Part shown: positions 28,423-36,961 of the stretch, one piece after another
How the letters are laid out: the number at the start of each line of letters is the position of its first letter
How positions within the stretch are numbered: position 1 is the first letter of the stretch
Assembly (NCBI GenBank): GCA_930990645.1
Contig: CAKNQJ010000002.1
Location: forward strand, 1 to 52,665
Length of the DNA stretch: 52,665 bases
Reading direction: 5' to 3'
Source: an uncultured Clostridium sp.
GTDB taxonomy: Bacteria; Bacillota; Clostridia; TANB77; CAG-508
Translations under genes and position numbers: made by a program
Notes under the pieces: generated by a model
Told to the model about the DNA's origin: nothing
What the model saw: only the letters and a program-made list of their open reading frames with translations
The model's database searches: none

Positions 28423-29073
28423 ATGGAAAGTGCAAATGTTTTTTACTGTGAAAATAAAGATTATGACAATATAAGTGATGAAGATTTAATAGAAATAATT
28501 AAATCAGGTGATAAAGGAGCTTTTGATTATCTAATTAATAAATATAAAGAATTAGTTAATATGAAAGTTGGAAAGTATTTCATAATTGGAGCAGAAAGAG
28601 ATGACATTATACAAGAGGGATTAATAGGCCTTTTTAAAGCAATAAAGAGTTATAAGCCAGACATGCAGAATTCATTTAAGAGTTTTGCTAATATGTGTAT
28701 TGAAAGACAACTAATTACAGCGATCAAGACTTCTAACAGACAAAAACATATGCCTCTTAACTCATATTTATCGTTGAATATATCTGCATATGATGAAGAA
28801 GAGGGAGAAAGTGACACTTCTTTAATGGATATATTTGATTCTGAAATGATTGAAGATCCTTTAGACACAATTACAAAAAAGGAATATTATAAAGATTTAC
28901 AGAGTACAATAGATAAAACTCTTAGTGATTTTGAAAAAAAAGTATTAAATAAATACATAAATGGTAAAAGTTATGTTCAAATTGCAGATGAATTAGATAC
29001 TACAGTGAAATCAATAGATAATGCAATTCAACGTATACGTAAGAAAGCTATAAAAGGATTAGAAAAAGATTAA
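28423..29073 (+). CDS. sigH: RNA polymerase sporulation sigma factor SigH
   Basis: DDIIQEGLIGLFKAIKSYKP (region 2), FKSFANMCIERQLITAIK, NRQKH, C-terminal HTH SYVQIADELDTTVKSIDNAIQRIRKK. Confidence 0.9.
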   Translation: MESANVFYCENKDYDNISDEDLIEIIKSGDKGAFDYLINKYKELVNMKVGKYFIIGAERDDIIQEGLIGLFKAIKSYKPDMQNSFKSFANMCIERQLITAIKTSNRQKHMPLNSYLSLNISAYDEEEGESDTSLMDIFDSEMIEDPLDTITKKEYYKDLQSTIDKTLSDFEKKVLNKYINGKSYVQIADELDTTVKSIDNAIQRIRKKAIKGLEKD

Positions 29074-29153
29074 TAATTCTATAGACTAAAATAAAATGTG
29101 CGTTTTGCTTTTGCGAATGCACATCATTAACGGTCTATAATAAAGATAAATAT

Positions 29154-29229
29154 GCTTCTATAGCTCAGTAGGTAGAGCACAGCCATGGTAAGGCTGGGGT
29201 CGACGGTTCGATTCCGTCTGGAAGCTCCA
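29154..29229 (+). tRNA. tRNA-Thr(GGU)
   Basis: 76 nt cloverleaf: acceptor GCTTCTA/TGGAAGC, D-arm GCTC-AGTAGGTA-GAGC, anticodon arm CAGCC-ATGGTAA-GGCTG (anticodon GGT), T-arm GACGG-TTCGATT-CCGTC, encoded CCA. Confidence 0.85.
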
Positions 29230-29329
29230 GATTGAATTATATATATTGACGAGTGTTAATTACAGAATTAGAAAATTAACTATAAAGGCATGCTTTAGAT
29301 GTGCTTTTTTGGGGGGAAGTTGTTAGAAA

Positions 29330-30559
29330 ATGGAGAAATTCAAACAAATGCTAAACAAGAAAATTAAGGATGAGACTGCTGCTTTTGCAATTTTAGGAGC
29401 AATGATTATTACTTTTGCAATTACAATAGGAGTGTATGAATATATTAACTATACTAGTTTAAAAGAAGTAAATACAAGTATAAATATGGCGCAAGAGGGA
29501 AGTAGTGACATGCAACAAGTAAATGTAAAAATGCAAAATGTGCCAGCTAATGTAATGACAAATGATACCATGACTAATTCTGTAATAGATGTAGAAGATA
29601 CTCAAAAGAAAAATGAAGAAGAGTATGAAAAATTAAAAAAAGAGAAAAAAGTTTCAAGTGCAGCAGATAAGTACTATATAAAAGTAAATTATGGAGCGCA
29701 AGTTGTTACAGTATATACAAAAGATTCAAACGGAAAATATACAAATCCAGTAAAAGCAATGGTTTGTTCAACAGGAAGGTATACGCCAACATCAGGAACA
29801 TATAGAACACTTGGTAAAGGTAATTGGTGGCCTCTAATGGGAGACGTATATGGTCAATATTCAACTTGGATCTGTGGAGATATCTTATTCCATTCAGTAC
29901 CATATTTAACATCAGGAGATAAATCTTCGCTTGAATACTGGGCATATGACCAACTAGGGCAAAGAGTTTCAATGGGATGCGTACGATTAACAGTAGCAGA
30001 TGCAAAATGGATTTACAATAATTGCCCAGTGGGTACACAAGTAGAATTTTATTCAAGCTCAAATCCTGGACCTTTAGGAAAGCCAACTACTAAGAAAATA
30101 TCAGATGCACCAAGCCATGTAAGAGGTTGGGATCCAACAGATTCAGATAGCAGAAATCCATGGCCAAAATATTTGAAAGAATTAGAACAAAAAAAGAAAG
30201 AGGAGCAGAAAAAGGCTGAAGAAGAAAAGAAAAAAGAAGAAAACAAACAAAATACAGTTACAAATACAACTACAAACACAACAACAGATAAGAATACAAA
30301 CACAACTACAAATACTACAGTAGACAAGAATACAAATACAACCACAAACACAACAACAGACCAAAATACAAATACAACAAATACGACAACAGATAAGAAT
30401 ACAAATACAACTACAAATACTACTGCTGGCAAAACTGATACTAATACAACTAATACAAATACAACAGCAACTAAAAAGCCAAGTACGAATGCAAATACAG
30501 CTGGAGGAGGAAATGCTATTATAGCTAGTGGTACAAGCAGCGTTAATACAGAACTATAG
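29330..30559 (+). CDS. L,D-transpeptidase (YkuD domain) with K/E-rich and Thr/Asn-rich repetitive C-terminus
   Basis: N-terminal TM, YkuD catalytic region ILFHSVPY...SMGCVRLTVADAKWIYNN, C-terminal DKNTNTTTNTT repeats. Confidence 0.85.
   Translation: MEKFKQMLNKKIKDETAAFAILGAMIITFAITIGVYEYINYTSLKEVNTSINMAQEGSSDMQQVNVKMQNVPANVMTNDTMTNSVIDVEDTQKKNEEEYEKLKKEKKVSSAADKYYIKVNYGAQVVTVYTKDSNGKYTNPVKAMVCSTGRYTPTSGTYRTLGKGNWWPLMGDVYGQYSTWICGDILFHSVPYLTSGDKSSLEYWAYDQLGQRVSMGCVRLTVADAKWIYNNCPVGTQVEFYSSSNPGPLGKPTTKKISDAPSHVRGWDPTDSDSRNPWPKYLKELEQKKKEEQKKAEEEKKKEENKQNTVTNTTTNTTTDKNTNTTTNTTVDKNTNTTTNTTTDQNTNTTNTTTDKNTNTTTNTTAGKTDTNTTNTNTTATKKPSTNANTAGGGNAIIASGTSSVNTEL
30287..30423 (+). repeat. In-frame tandem repeat (33-36 nt units) encoding D(K/Q)NTNTTTNTTx
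   Basis: Four consecutive units starting GATAAGAATACAAA / GACAAGAATACAAA / GACCAAAATACAAA / GATAAGAATACAAA. Confidence 0.8.
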
Positions 30560-30588
30560 TTACAATTCGAAATTAAAAAAATCTATTA

Positions 30589-30745
30589 AAAATCCGTTCT
30601 AACTTGCTGGTAGATATATAAGCATCTAAAGTCCGTCTCATCTTGCTGTCACATATATTTTGTATTCTCCACGTATTCGAATAAAAAATATATGTGACAC
30701 GTGAGACTACATAGTAACATATATATCTACCACGTGGAACTACTT
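30589..30745 (+). repeat. Nested hairpin element (outer copy enclosing an inner copy at 30628-30714)
   Basis: Outer: TCCGTTCTAACTTGCTGGTAGATATATA ... TATATATCTACCACGTGGAAC. Inner: GTCCGTCTCATCTTGCTGTCACATATAT-loop-ATATATGTGACACGTGAGAC. Confidence 0.8.
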
Positions 30746-30826
30746 AGAAATCATACTAGCTTACTATTTTTTTTGTAAATAGTGCTGTGATTTGTAACAT
30801 AGAAAACTAATAAAATTAATCAAAAA

Positions 30827-30887
30827 GGAGAACTAGTGTAAAAAAACAAGTTTTTCACACTAATAGCTACAATCGCTCGAATGGAGG
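30827..30887 (+). repeat. Leader-type repeat (copy 2 of 2) ending in the ychF RBS
   Basis: GGAGAACTAGTGTAAAAAAACAAGTTTTTCACACTAATAGCTACAATCGCTCGAATGGAGG. The terminal GGAGG lies 5 nt before ATG 30893. Confidence 0.65.
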
Positions 30888-30892
30888 TTAAA

Positions 30893-31984
30893 ATGAAAAT
30901 AGGAATAGTAGGTTTACCAAATGTGGGAAAAAGTACAATGTTTAATGCAATAACAAATGCAGGTGCAGAATGTGCAAATTATCCATTCTGTACAATAGAG
31001 CCAAATGTAGGCGTAGTTCCTGTACCTGATAAAAGACTAGAAGTTTTAGCAAACATGTACAATGCTAAAAAAACAACACATGCAATAATTGAATTTGTTG
31101 ACATTGCTGGATTAGTAAAAGGTGCAAGCAAAGGAGAGGGGCTAGGAAATAAATTTTTATCACATATCAGAGAAGTTGACAGTATTGTAGAAGTTGTTAG
31201 ATGCTTTGAAGATCCAAACATAGTACATGTTGATGGAAATATAAATCCTACAAGAGATATAGAAACAATAAATTTGGAGCTTATATTTGCAGATATAGAA
31301 ACAGTTGATAAAAGAATAGATAATGCAAAAAAGAAATTGAAAGCAGATAAAAAATATGCTGCAGAAGTAGAATTGTTTGAAAAAATAAAGAACACGTTAG
31401 AAGCGGGAAAATCTGCAAGAACATTAAATTTAAATGAAGATGAACAAGAATTAATGAAAGATACATATTTGCTTACAATGAAACCAATATTATATATTGC
31501 AAATGTATCAGAAGAACAATTATCAAATCCATTCGAAGATGAGTATGTAAAACAAGTTGTAGAATATGCGAAAACAGAAAATGCAGAAGTAATACCACTT
31601 TGCGTAAAAATAGAAGAAGAACTAGCAAGCATAGAAGGAGAAGACAAAAAAGAAATGCTAGAAGCATTAGGACTAGAAGAATCTGGCTTGGACAAAGTTA
31701 TTAAAGCAAGTTATGATTTATTGGGACTTATGTCATTCCTGACTGCAGGAGAAACAGAAGTAAGGGCATGGACAATAAAAAAAGGAACAAAGGCTCCGGC
31801 AGCAGCAGGAAAGATACATACTGATATAGAAAGAGGATTTATAAGAGCAGAGATTGTTTCTTATGATGATTTAGTAAGAGAAGGAAGCATGAATGCTGCT
31901 AAAGAAAAAGGACTAGTAAGGTCAGAGGGCAAGGACTATGTGATGAAAGAGGGAGATATAGTGCTTTTTAGATTTAATGTGTGA
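30893..31984 (+). CDS. ychF: Redox-regulated ribosome-binding ATPase YchF
   Basis: MKIGIVGLPNVGKSTMFNA G1 motif, TIEPNVG, DIAGLVKGAS, C-terminal TGS-like KDYVMKEGDIVLFRFNV. Confidence 0.95.
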   Translation: MKIGIVGLPNVGKSTMFNAITNAGAECANYPFCTIEPNVGVVPVPDKRLEVLANMYNAKKTTHAIIEFVDIAGLVKGASKGEGLGNKFLSHIREVDSIVEVVRCFEDPNIVHVDGNINPTRDIETINLELIFADIETVDKRIDNAKKKLKADKKYAAEVELFEKIKNTLEAGKSARTLNLNEDEQELMKDTYLLTMKPILYIANVSEEQLSNPFEDEYVKQVVEYAKTENAEVIPLCVKIEEELASIEGEDKKEMLEALGLEESGLDKVIKASYDLLGLMSFLTAGETEVRAWTIKKGTKAPAAAGKIHTDIERGFIRAEIVSYDDLVREGSMNAAKEKGLVRSEGKDYVMKEGDIVLFRFNV

Positions 31985-31990
31985 GTACAT

Positions 31991-32105
31991 GAAAAATAAT
32001 TGTGTTTTAGCGTTGTTAAACTTCGCTTCGAAAATCCTCCATGTGCAAAAAGCGCACCTGCGGTTTTCTAGCTTGTTTGCCTAGCTAAAACAGCAATTCT
32101 TTTCC
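31991..32105 (+). repeat. ~115-bp MITE-like hairpin element, copy B
   Basis: GAAAAATAATTGTGTTTTAGCGTTGTTAAACTTCGCTTCGAAAATCC...GCCTAGCTAAAACAGCAATTCTTTTCC, 6 nt after the ychF stop. Confidence 0.85.
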
Positions 32106-32186
32106 AAGAATATATTTCTAAAGGATAAAAGTTTAATCGAATTTTGTAAAAAAATAAAAAAACTTTAACAAAAAATGCAAAAATAC

Positions 32187-32215
32187 TTGACTAGTTTTTT
32201 AAATAATAGTACAAT
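32187..32215 (+). promoter_or_regulatory. Sigma-A type promoter of the LPXTG protein gene
   Basis: TTGACT 32187-32192, 17-nt spacer, TACAAT 32210-32215. Confidence 0.55.
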
Positions 32216-32311
32216 TATATTGTAGGTGTTTTATTATTTTATGTATAAAATCATGAAAATAATAAATAATATTAGAAACGGAAATTTCTAAAGAAGAAGG
32301 AGAGGAAAGAT

Positions 32312-32698
32312 ATGTTGAAATTAAGAAAGGTATTAGTTTTATTAGTTATTTTATTTTTGTTAATAGGAATTGCAGTACAAGTACAAGCATCTGATCTTAT
32401 AGATTTAGGAAATTTGATTACAGATGGAAACTCTACTGGAAATACAACAACTAATACAGTGCAAAACACAGCAGCAACAAATAGTACTTTAAATGTAACA
32501 ACAAATACAAATGCTGGTACTACAACTAATACAACAGGAAATTCAGTAGTACAACCAAGTACAAACAGAGCAGGAAGTTCAGAAAATAATCTTCCTCAAA
32601 CAGGTGTTACAGAGGATATTACTGTAATGTTCTTTATTATAGTTTGTGTAATAGCAGCAATATATGCATATAAAAAAATAAGAGATTATAGAGCATAA
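32312..32698 (+). CDS. Small Thr/Asn-rich LPXTG cell-wall-anchored surface protein
   Basis: Signal peptide ending VQVQA-SD, LPQTG sorting motif followed by a hydrophobic helix and KKIRDYRA tail. Confidence 0.85.
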   Translation: MLKLRKVLVLLVILFLLIGIAVQVQASDLIDLGNLITDGNSTGNTTTNTVQNTAATNSTLNVTTNTNAGTTTNTTGNSVVQPSTNRAGSSENNLPQTGVTEDITVMFFIIVCVIAAIYAYKKIRDYRA

Positions 32699-32713
32699 TA
32701 AATTGTATAATAT

Positions 32714-32738
32714 AAAGCGACCTTGTGGTCGCTTTTTG
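32714..32738 (+). terminator. Rho-independent terminator
   Basis: AAAGCGACC-ttgt-GGTCGCTTTTT. Confidence 0.75.
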
Positions 32739-32756
32739 TTGCGGATACTTTAGACA

Positions 32757-32817
32757 AGCAATTGGGAATAGATCAAAATTGCTGTTGGTGCCAATGGGGT
32801 CTGTCCACAATGGCAGC
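32757..32817. repeat. GGGAC-family related hairpin repeats (CAATTG / CAATGG words)
   Basis: AGCAATTGGGAATAGATCAAAATTGCT and GGTGCCAATGGGGTCTGTCCACAATGGCA, related to units at 4485-4568. Confidence 0.7.
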
Positions 32818-32820
32818 GTA

Positions 32821-33468
32821 TTAAATAGCACGTGCATGAACAACCAATCTTTTGCCATTTACATTATTGCAAGTGATTAAGGTAACTATCTTTGTATTAT
32901 TTGTATCTTGAAAAGTACAAGAAGTATCATCAGCTGAGGCTTCATACATTTCATAAATTGAGTAATCTATAGAATTTCCATTCAAATCATAAATTGTAAT
33001 TATATCATTAATCTCAAGTTCATTTAATCTGCTAAAATATTTATAATCCACATAGTTGTGACCAGCAATACATAAATTACCAACTTCATTAGGCATTGGA
33101 CCTGCAAATCTACAAACAGAAATATCAAGCAAATCATTATTACTAACAGACAGAATAGAATAATTCAAATTTATTTTGTCAATTTTGATTATACCAATAA
33201 CAAATGGCTCTGTAGATTGAACTTCTGGTGTATAAGTACTATTGGTTGAATATAAAGTAGAAATAGAATATGAGTTAGTTAGTTTTTTGGCAATTTCTTC
33301 ATTTTTGTTATCAAAATATACTTTAATAAAAAGAATAATTATAAACAAAAGTGCAGTAGCAGAAAATATAATAAACAATATCTTGTATTTTTGATTATTA
33401 AAAGTGCTACTATTGTTTATATTTTCGTTTGCTTTTTTATAACCTTTAAAATCTATAATTTGATTCAT
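32821..33468 (-). CDS. Sortase (cysteine transpeptidase)
   Basis: N-terminal TM anchor, IAGHN His motif, TLITC catalytic Cys motif. Convergent with its likely LPQTG substrate. AGGTGG RBS before ATG 33468. Confidence 0.85.
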   Translation of the reverse strand: MNQIIDFKGYKKANENINNSSTFNNQKYKILFIIFSATALLFIIILFIKVYFDNKNEEIAKKLTNSYSISTLYSTNSTYTPEVQSTEPFVIGIIKIDKINLNYSILSVSNNDLLDISVCRFAGPMPNEVGNLCIAGHNYVDYKYFSRLNELEINDIITIYDLNGNSIDYSIYEMYEASADDTSCTFQDTNNTKIVTLITCNNVNGKRLVVHARAI

Positions 33469-33538
33469 AAACAAGTACCACCTATAAAAAATAAATTCAT
33501 TTAATATTATTTGCAAAAAAATAAAAAATATTATAAAA

Positions 33539-33593
33539 TCGAACAAAGGGGACGGAGCATTCGTTCGAAAAAACTAACAAGAGAAGCACACAC
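33539..33593 (-). repeat. Diverged copy of the TTCGAAC-word GGGAC repeat
   Basis: TCGAACAAAGGGGACGGAGCATTCGTTCGAAAAAAC..., the reverse complement of the unit at 20611-20656. Confidence 0.7.
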
Positions 33594-33747
33594 TAGCTAT
33601 AAAAAGTAGCAGGTGTGTTTCTTTCGTTGAGAGTGATGCGCTCTCTTTTCAAATTTCTTAAGAAATTTTTAAAAAATGGTGCAAAAATGTATAAATATAT
33701 GATAGAATATATGACAATTAAAATATGAAGTAAGGAGAGTGTTAGAA

Positions 33748-34452
33748 GTGCCAGAAAATAAGTACAAAAGGATTTTACTAAAATTAAGCGGAGAAGCGTT
33801 GGCAGGAGAAGGCAAAGTAGGAATTGATGCAGAAACAGTAGATAAGATTTGTGAACAAATTAAGGAATTAATTAAAATGAAAACAGAAGTTGCAATAGTT
33901 GTAGGAGGAGGAAACTTTTGGAGAGGTGCAAATAAGAATATGGAGAGAACAACATCAGACTATATGGGAATGCTTGCTACTACGATGAATGGATTAGCAC
34001 TTCAAAATGCATTAGAGGAGAAAGGAGTGTATACAAGATTACAAACGGCTATTGAGATGAGAGAGATTGCTGAGCCATATATTAAAAGAAGGGCAGTAAG
34101 ACATTTGGAAAAGGGCAGAGTGGTTATATTTGGTTGTGGCACTGGTAATCCTTATTTCACAACAGATACAGCAGCTGCTTTAAGAGCAGCAGAGATTGAT
34201 GCAGAGGTTATTTTAGTAGGAAAGACTATAGACGGAGTTTATTCTGCAGACCCTAAAGTAGATGAAAATGCTAAAAAGTTTGATGAAATATCATATTTAG
34301 ATATCTTAAGTGATAATCTTAAAGTGATGGATTCAACAGCAATATCACTTTGCAGAGATAATGATATAAAGCTAATAGTGTTTGAAATAGCAAAACCAGA
34401 TAATATAATTAAGATTGTAAAAGGAGAAAAAGTAGGCACTTTAATACAATGA
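33748..34452 (+). CDS. pyrH: UMP kinase
   Basis: [53 protein letters not shown] fits GTG 33748. Confidence 0.93.
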   Translation: MPENKYKRILLKLSGEALAGEGKVGIDAETVDKICEQIKELIKMKTEVAIVVGGGNFWRGANKNMERTTSDYMGMLATTMNGLALQNALEEKGVYTRLQTAIEMREIAEPYIKRRAVRHLEKGRVVIFGCGTGNPYFTTDTAAALRAAEIDAEVILVGKTIDGVYSADPKVDENAKKFDEISYLDILSDNLKVMDSTAISLCRDNDIKLIVFEIAKPDNIIKIVKGEKVGTLIQ

Positions 34453-34582
34453 AATTCGTTCCATCTTATATCTAGCAACTAAAGTCCGTCTCTATCAAAG
34501 CTGTCACATATATTTTGTACTCTGCATGTTTTCGAGTAAAAAATATATGTGACACGTGAGACTACATAGTAAATGGAACTAT
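34453..34582 (+). repeat. Nested hairpin element, second locus (degenerate outer layer, intact inner layer 34481-34570)
   Basis: Inner stem GTCACATATAT/ATATATGTGAC and GTCTC/GAGAC match the inner copy at 30628. Outer CGTTCC...GGAAC remnants flank it. Confidence 0.75.
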
Positions 34583-34635
34583 AAAATAAAAATTTAAGAA
34601 AGGAGCGTACGGGCAAAGCTCGTACAAATAAAGAT

Positions 34636-35184
34636 ATGGATTATAATAAATTTGAAGAAAAAATGATGAAATCAATTAGTGTATATGAGGAAAATTTGGC
34701 AGAGGTAAGAGCTGGTAGAGCAAATCCTGCTATATTAAATAAAGTTACAATAGATTATTATGGAACACCAACACCAATCAACCAAGTTGCAGGAATCTCT
34801 GTTCCAGAGGCAAGAATGATAGTTATTCAACCATGGGATGCTAGCATTCTAAAAGAAATTGAAAAGGAAATATTAAAATCAGACATAGGAATTAATCCTA
34901 ATAATGATGGAAAAGTAATAAGACTAACTTTCCCTGAATTAAATGAAGAGAGAAGAAAAGAAATAGTTAAAGATATTAGAAAAATGGCAGAAGAGGCAAA
35001 AGTTGCAATCAGAAGTATAAGAAGAGATGCGATAGATGAAGCAAAAGCAATGCAAAAGAATTCTGAAATGTCAGAAGATGAGCTAAAAGTGGCTGAGGAT
35101 AAAATTCAAAAATTAACAGATAAATATGTTGACGAAATTGATAAGATATTGGATAAAAAGGAAAAAGAAGTAATGAGTATTTAG
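34636..35184 (+). CDS. frr: Ribosome recycling factor
   Basis: 182 aa, [40 protein letters not shown]. Confidence 0.95.
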   Translation: MDYNKFEEKMMKSISVYEENLAEVRAGRANPAILNKVTIDYYGTPTPINQVAGISVPEARMIVIQPWDASILKEIEKEILKSDIGINPNNDGKVIRLTFPELNEERRKEIVKDIRKMAEEAKVAIRSIRRDAIDEAKAMQKNSEMSEDELKVAEDKIQKLTDKYVDEIDKILDKKEKEVMSI

Positions 35185-35199
35185 GGACTGTCCCTAAAT
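35179..35199. repeat. GGGAC-core perfect palindrome overlapping the frr stop codon
   Basis: ATTTAGGGAC-T-GTCCCTAAAT; the TAG stop at 35182-35184 is part of the stem. Confidence 0.75.
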
Positions 35200-35223
35200 T
35201 CTCAAGAAAGAGGAGGAGTATAG

Positions 35224-35949
35224 ATGATAACAATAAATGATATAGATAAGGAATTAATGCCACAGCATATTGCTATAATAATGGATGGTAATAGAAGATG
35301 GGCAAGAGAAAAAGGATTAGATCCAAGACTTGGGCATAAAGAAGGTGCAGAAACTTTAGAGAGAATAGCCACTTATGCAAATGAGATAGGCTTAAAGTAC
35401 ATGACAGTATATGCTTTTTCTACAGAAAATTGGAAGAGGACCAAAGAAGAAGTTGGTGCGCTTATGAAGTTGCTTGAAATATATTTGGATAAGTTTTTAA
35501 ACAGAGAAAGTTTGAGAAATATACGTATACGATTGTTAGGGGATGTAGAGGGGCTTAGTCCAAACTTAAGAGATAGGATATATAGAATAGTAGAAAAATC
35601 TAAAGATAATACAGGTCTTACTTTGAACATCGCATTTAATTATGGAGGAAGAGATGAAATAACAAGAGCTGTAAGAAAAATTTCTGAGAAAGTAAAAAAT
35701 AACGAGATAAATATTGATGAAATTGACGAAAATATGATTTCAAATAATTTATATACTCAAGGAGAAACAGATCCAGACTTGTTAATAAGACCTGGTGGAG
35801 AAGTAAGAATAAGCAATTTCTTGTTATGGCAATTGGCATATACAGAGTTCTTATTTGTTGATAAATATTGGCCAGATTTTTCAAGAAGAGATTTATTAGA
35901 GGCAATTTATACATATGAAAAAAGAAATAGAAAATTTGGAGGAAAATAG
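35224..35949 (+). CDS. uppS: Undecaprenyl diphosphate synthase (isoprenyl transferase)
   Basis: HIAIIMDGNRRWA, TVYAFSTENWKR, RPGGEVRISNFLLWQLAYTE. Confidence 0.95.
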   Translation: MITINDIDKELMPQHIAIIMDGNRRWAREKGLDPRLGHKEGAETLERIATYANEIGLKYMTVYAFSTENWKRTKEEVGALMKLLEIYLDKFLNRESLRNIRIRLLGDVEGLSPNLRDRIYRIVEKSKDNTGLTLNIAFNYGGRDEITRAVRKISEKVKNNEINIDEIDENMISNNLYTQGETDPDLLIRPGGEVRISNFLLWQLAYTEFLFVDKYWPDFSRRDLLEAIYTYEKRNRKFGGK

Positions 35950-36047
35950 TAAGATGATTTTGCCGTGAGTTGACTATATTTTAAAAATTAACACGGCAAT
36001 ATTATAGAATTTAACAATAAATTTATAACGCTTGAAAGGAATAAAAA

Positions 36048-36854
36048 ATGAACATAAAGAGAGTATTATCAGGAATTATATTATTTCCGATTTTTGCAAT
36101 AGTACTAATATTTGGAAATAAATACTTGGTAGATGTATTCATAAGTATTGTGGCTATTATGACTCTGCACGAGTTTTACAAAGCATTCAAAGGAAAAGCA
36201 AAGCCTATACAATGGCCAGGTTATGTAACAGCAGCATTGATAAGTTTTATTCATCTAATACCTAATGAATACATACTGCCATCTATAACGCTAATTATAT
36301 TATTAAATGTATTAGTTCTATTTGCGCAAGTTGTAGTCACATCAATGAAAAGAAATATAACTGATATAGCAATTTCACTATTGGGACTATGCTACATAGT
36401 ATTTTTCTTAATGTTTGCCCCATTAATCAGAGACAGTTTAAATAACGGAAAAATATTAATTTGGTATGTGTTCTTTGCTGCATGGGGAACAGATATATTT
36501 GCTTATGCAATAGGAAGAAGGTTAGGAAAACATAAATTTACAGAAATCAGTCCAAATAAATCAATAGAAGGATGTGTTGCAGGATTATTTGGGTCAATAA
36601 TAATGTGTATGGCATATACTTTGGTTTGCAACTCGATTTGGAATGTAAATATTAGCTATCTATACATATTTGGAATATCAATATTCTTAAGTGTAATAAG
36701 TCAAATAGGTGATTTGGCAGCATCTGCAGTAAAAAGACATTGCGGAATAAAAGATTTTAGCAATTTAATTCCAGGACATGGTGGGTTGCTAGACAGAATA
36801 GATAGTGTAATATTTATTTTGCCTTTTGCATACTTTTTATTAAGCATTATTTAA
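36048..36854 (+). CDS. cdsA: Phosphatidate cytidylyltransferase
   Basis: Multi-TM protein, SPNKSIEG, C-terminal GDLAASAVKRHCGIKDFSNLIPGHGGLLDRIDS signature. Confidence 0.93.
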   Translation: MNIKRVLSGIILFPIFAIVLIFGNKYLVDVFISIVAIMTLHEFYKAFKGKAKPIQWPGYVTAALISFIHLIPNEYILPSITLIILLNVLVLFAQVVVTSMKRNITDIAISLLGLCYIVFFLMFAPLIRDSLNNGKILIWYVFFAAWGTDIFAYAIGRRLGKHKFTEISPNKSIEGCVAGLFGSIIMCMAYTLVCNSIWNVNISYLYIFGISIFLSVISQIGDLAASAVKRHCGIKDFSNLIPGHGGLLDRIDSVIFILPFAYFLLSII

Positions 36855-36874
36855 AAAGAAGACTATCAAAAATC

Positions 36875-36938
36875 GTAATACAGACTGTTACGCAGTTGGG
36901 AGGAGAAAACAAAAATAAAAAATATAATAGTTTTCTCT
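36875..36938. repeat. Half copy of the long-TIR element
   Basis: AATACAGACTGTTACGCAGTTGGGAGGAGAAAACAAAAATAAAAAATATAATAGTTTTCTC matches the right half of 18529-18672. Confidence 0.6.
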
Positions 36939-36961
36939 AAATAAATATAGAGGTTTGATTA

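Noticed and set aside
30979-31695. 238-aa ORF antisense to ychF, and similar long antisense ORFs at 11539-12066, 7596-8060, 39836-40249, 40919-41353, 50103-50639 and 51215-51868
   Set aside because: They lie opposite strongly conserved genes. Their translations are low-complexity (S/L/F-rich) as expected from the reverse complement of AT-rich, purine-biased coding strands, and they have no RBS.
35955-35999. TTGCCGTG ... CACGGCAA inverted repeat after uppS as a terminator
   Set aside because: It has an 8-bp stem with a ~24-nt loop and no U-tract, which is too weak to call. cdsA probably continues the same transcript.
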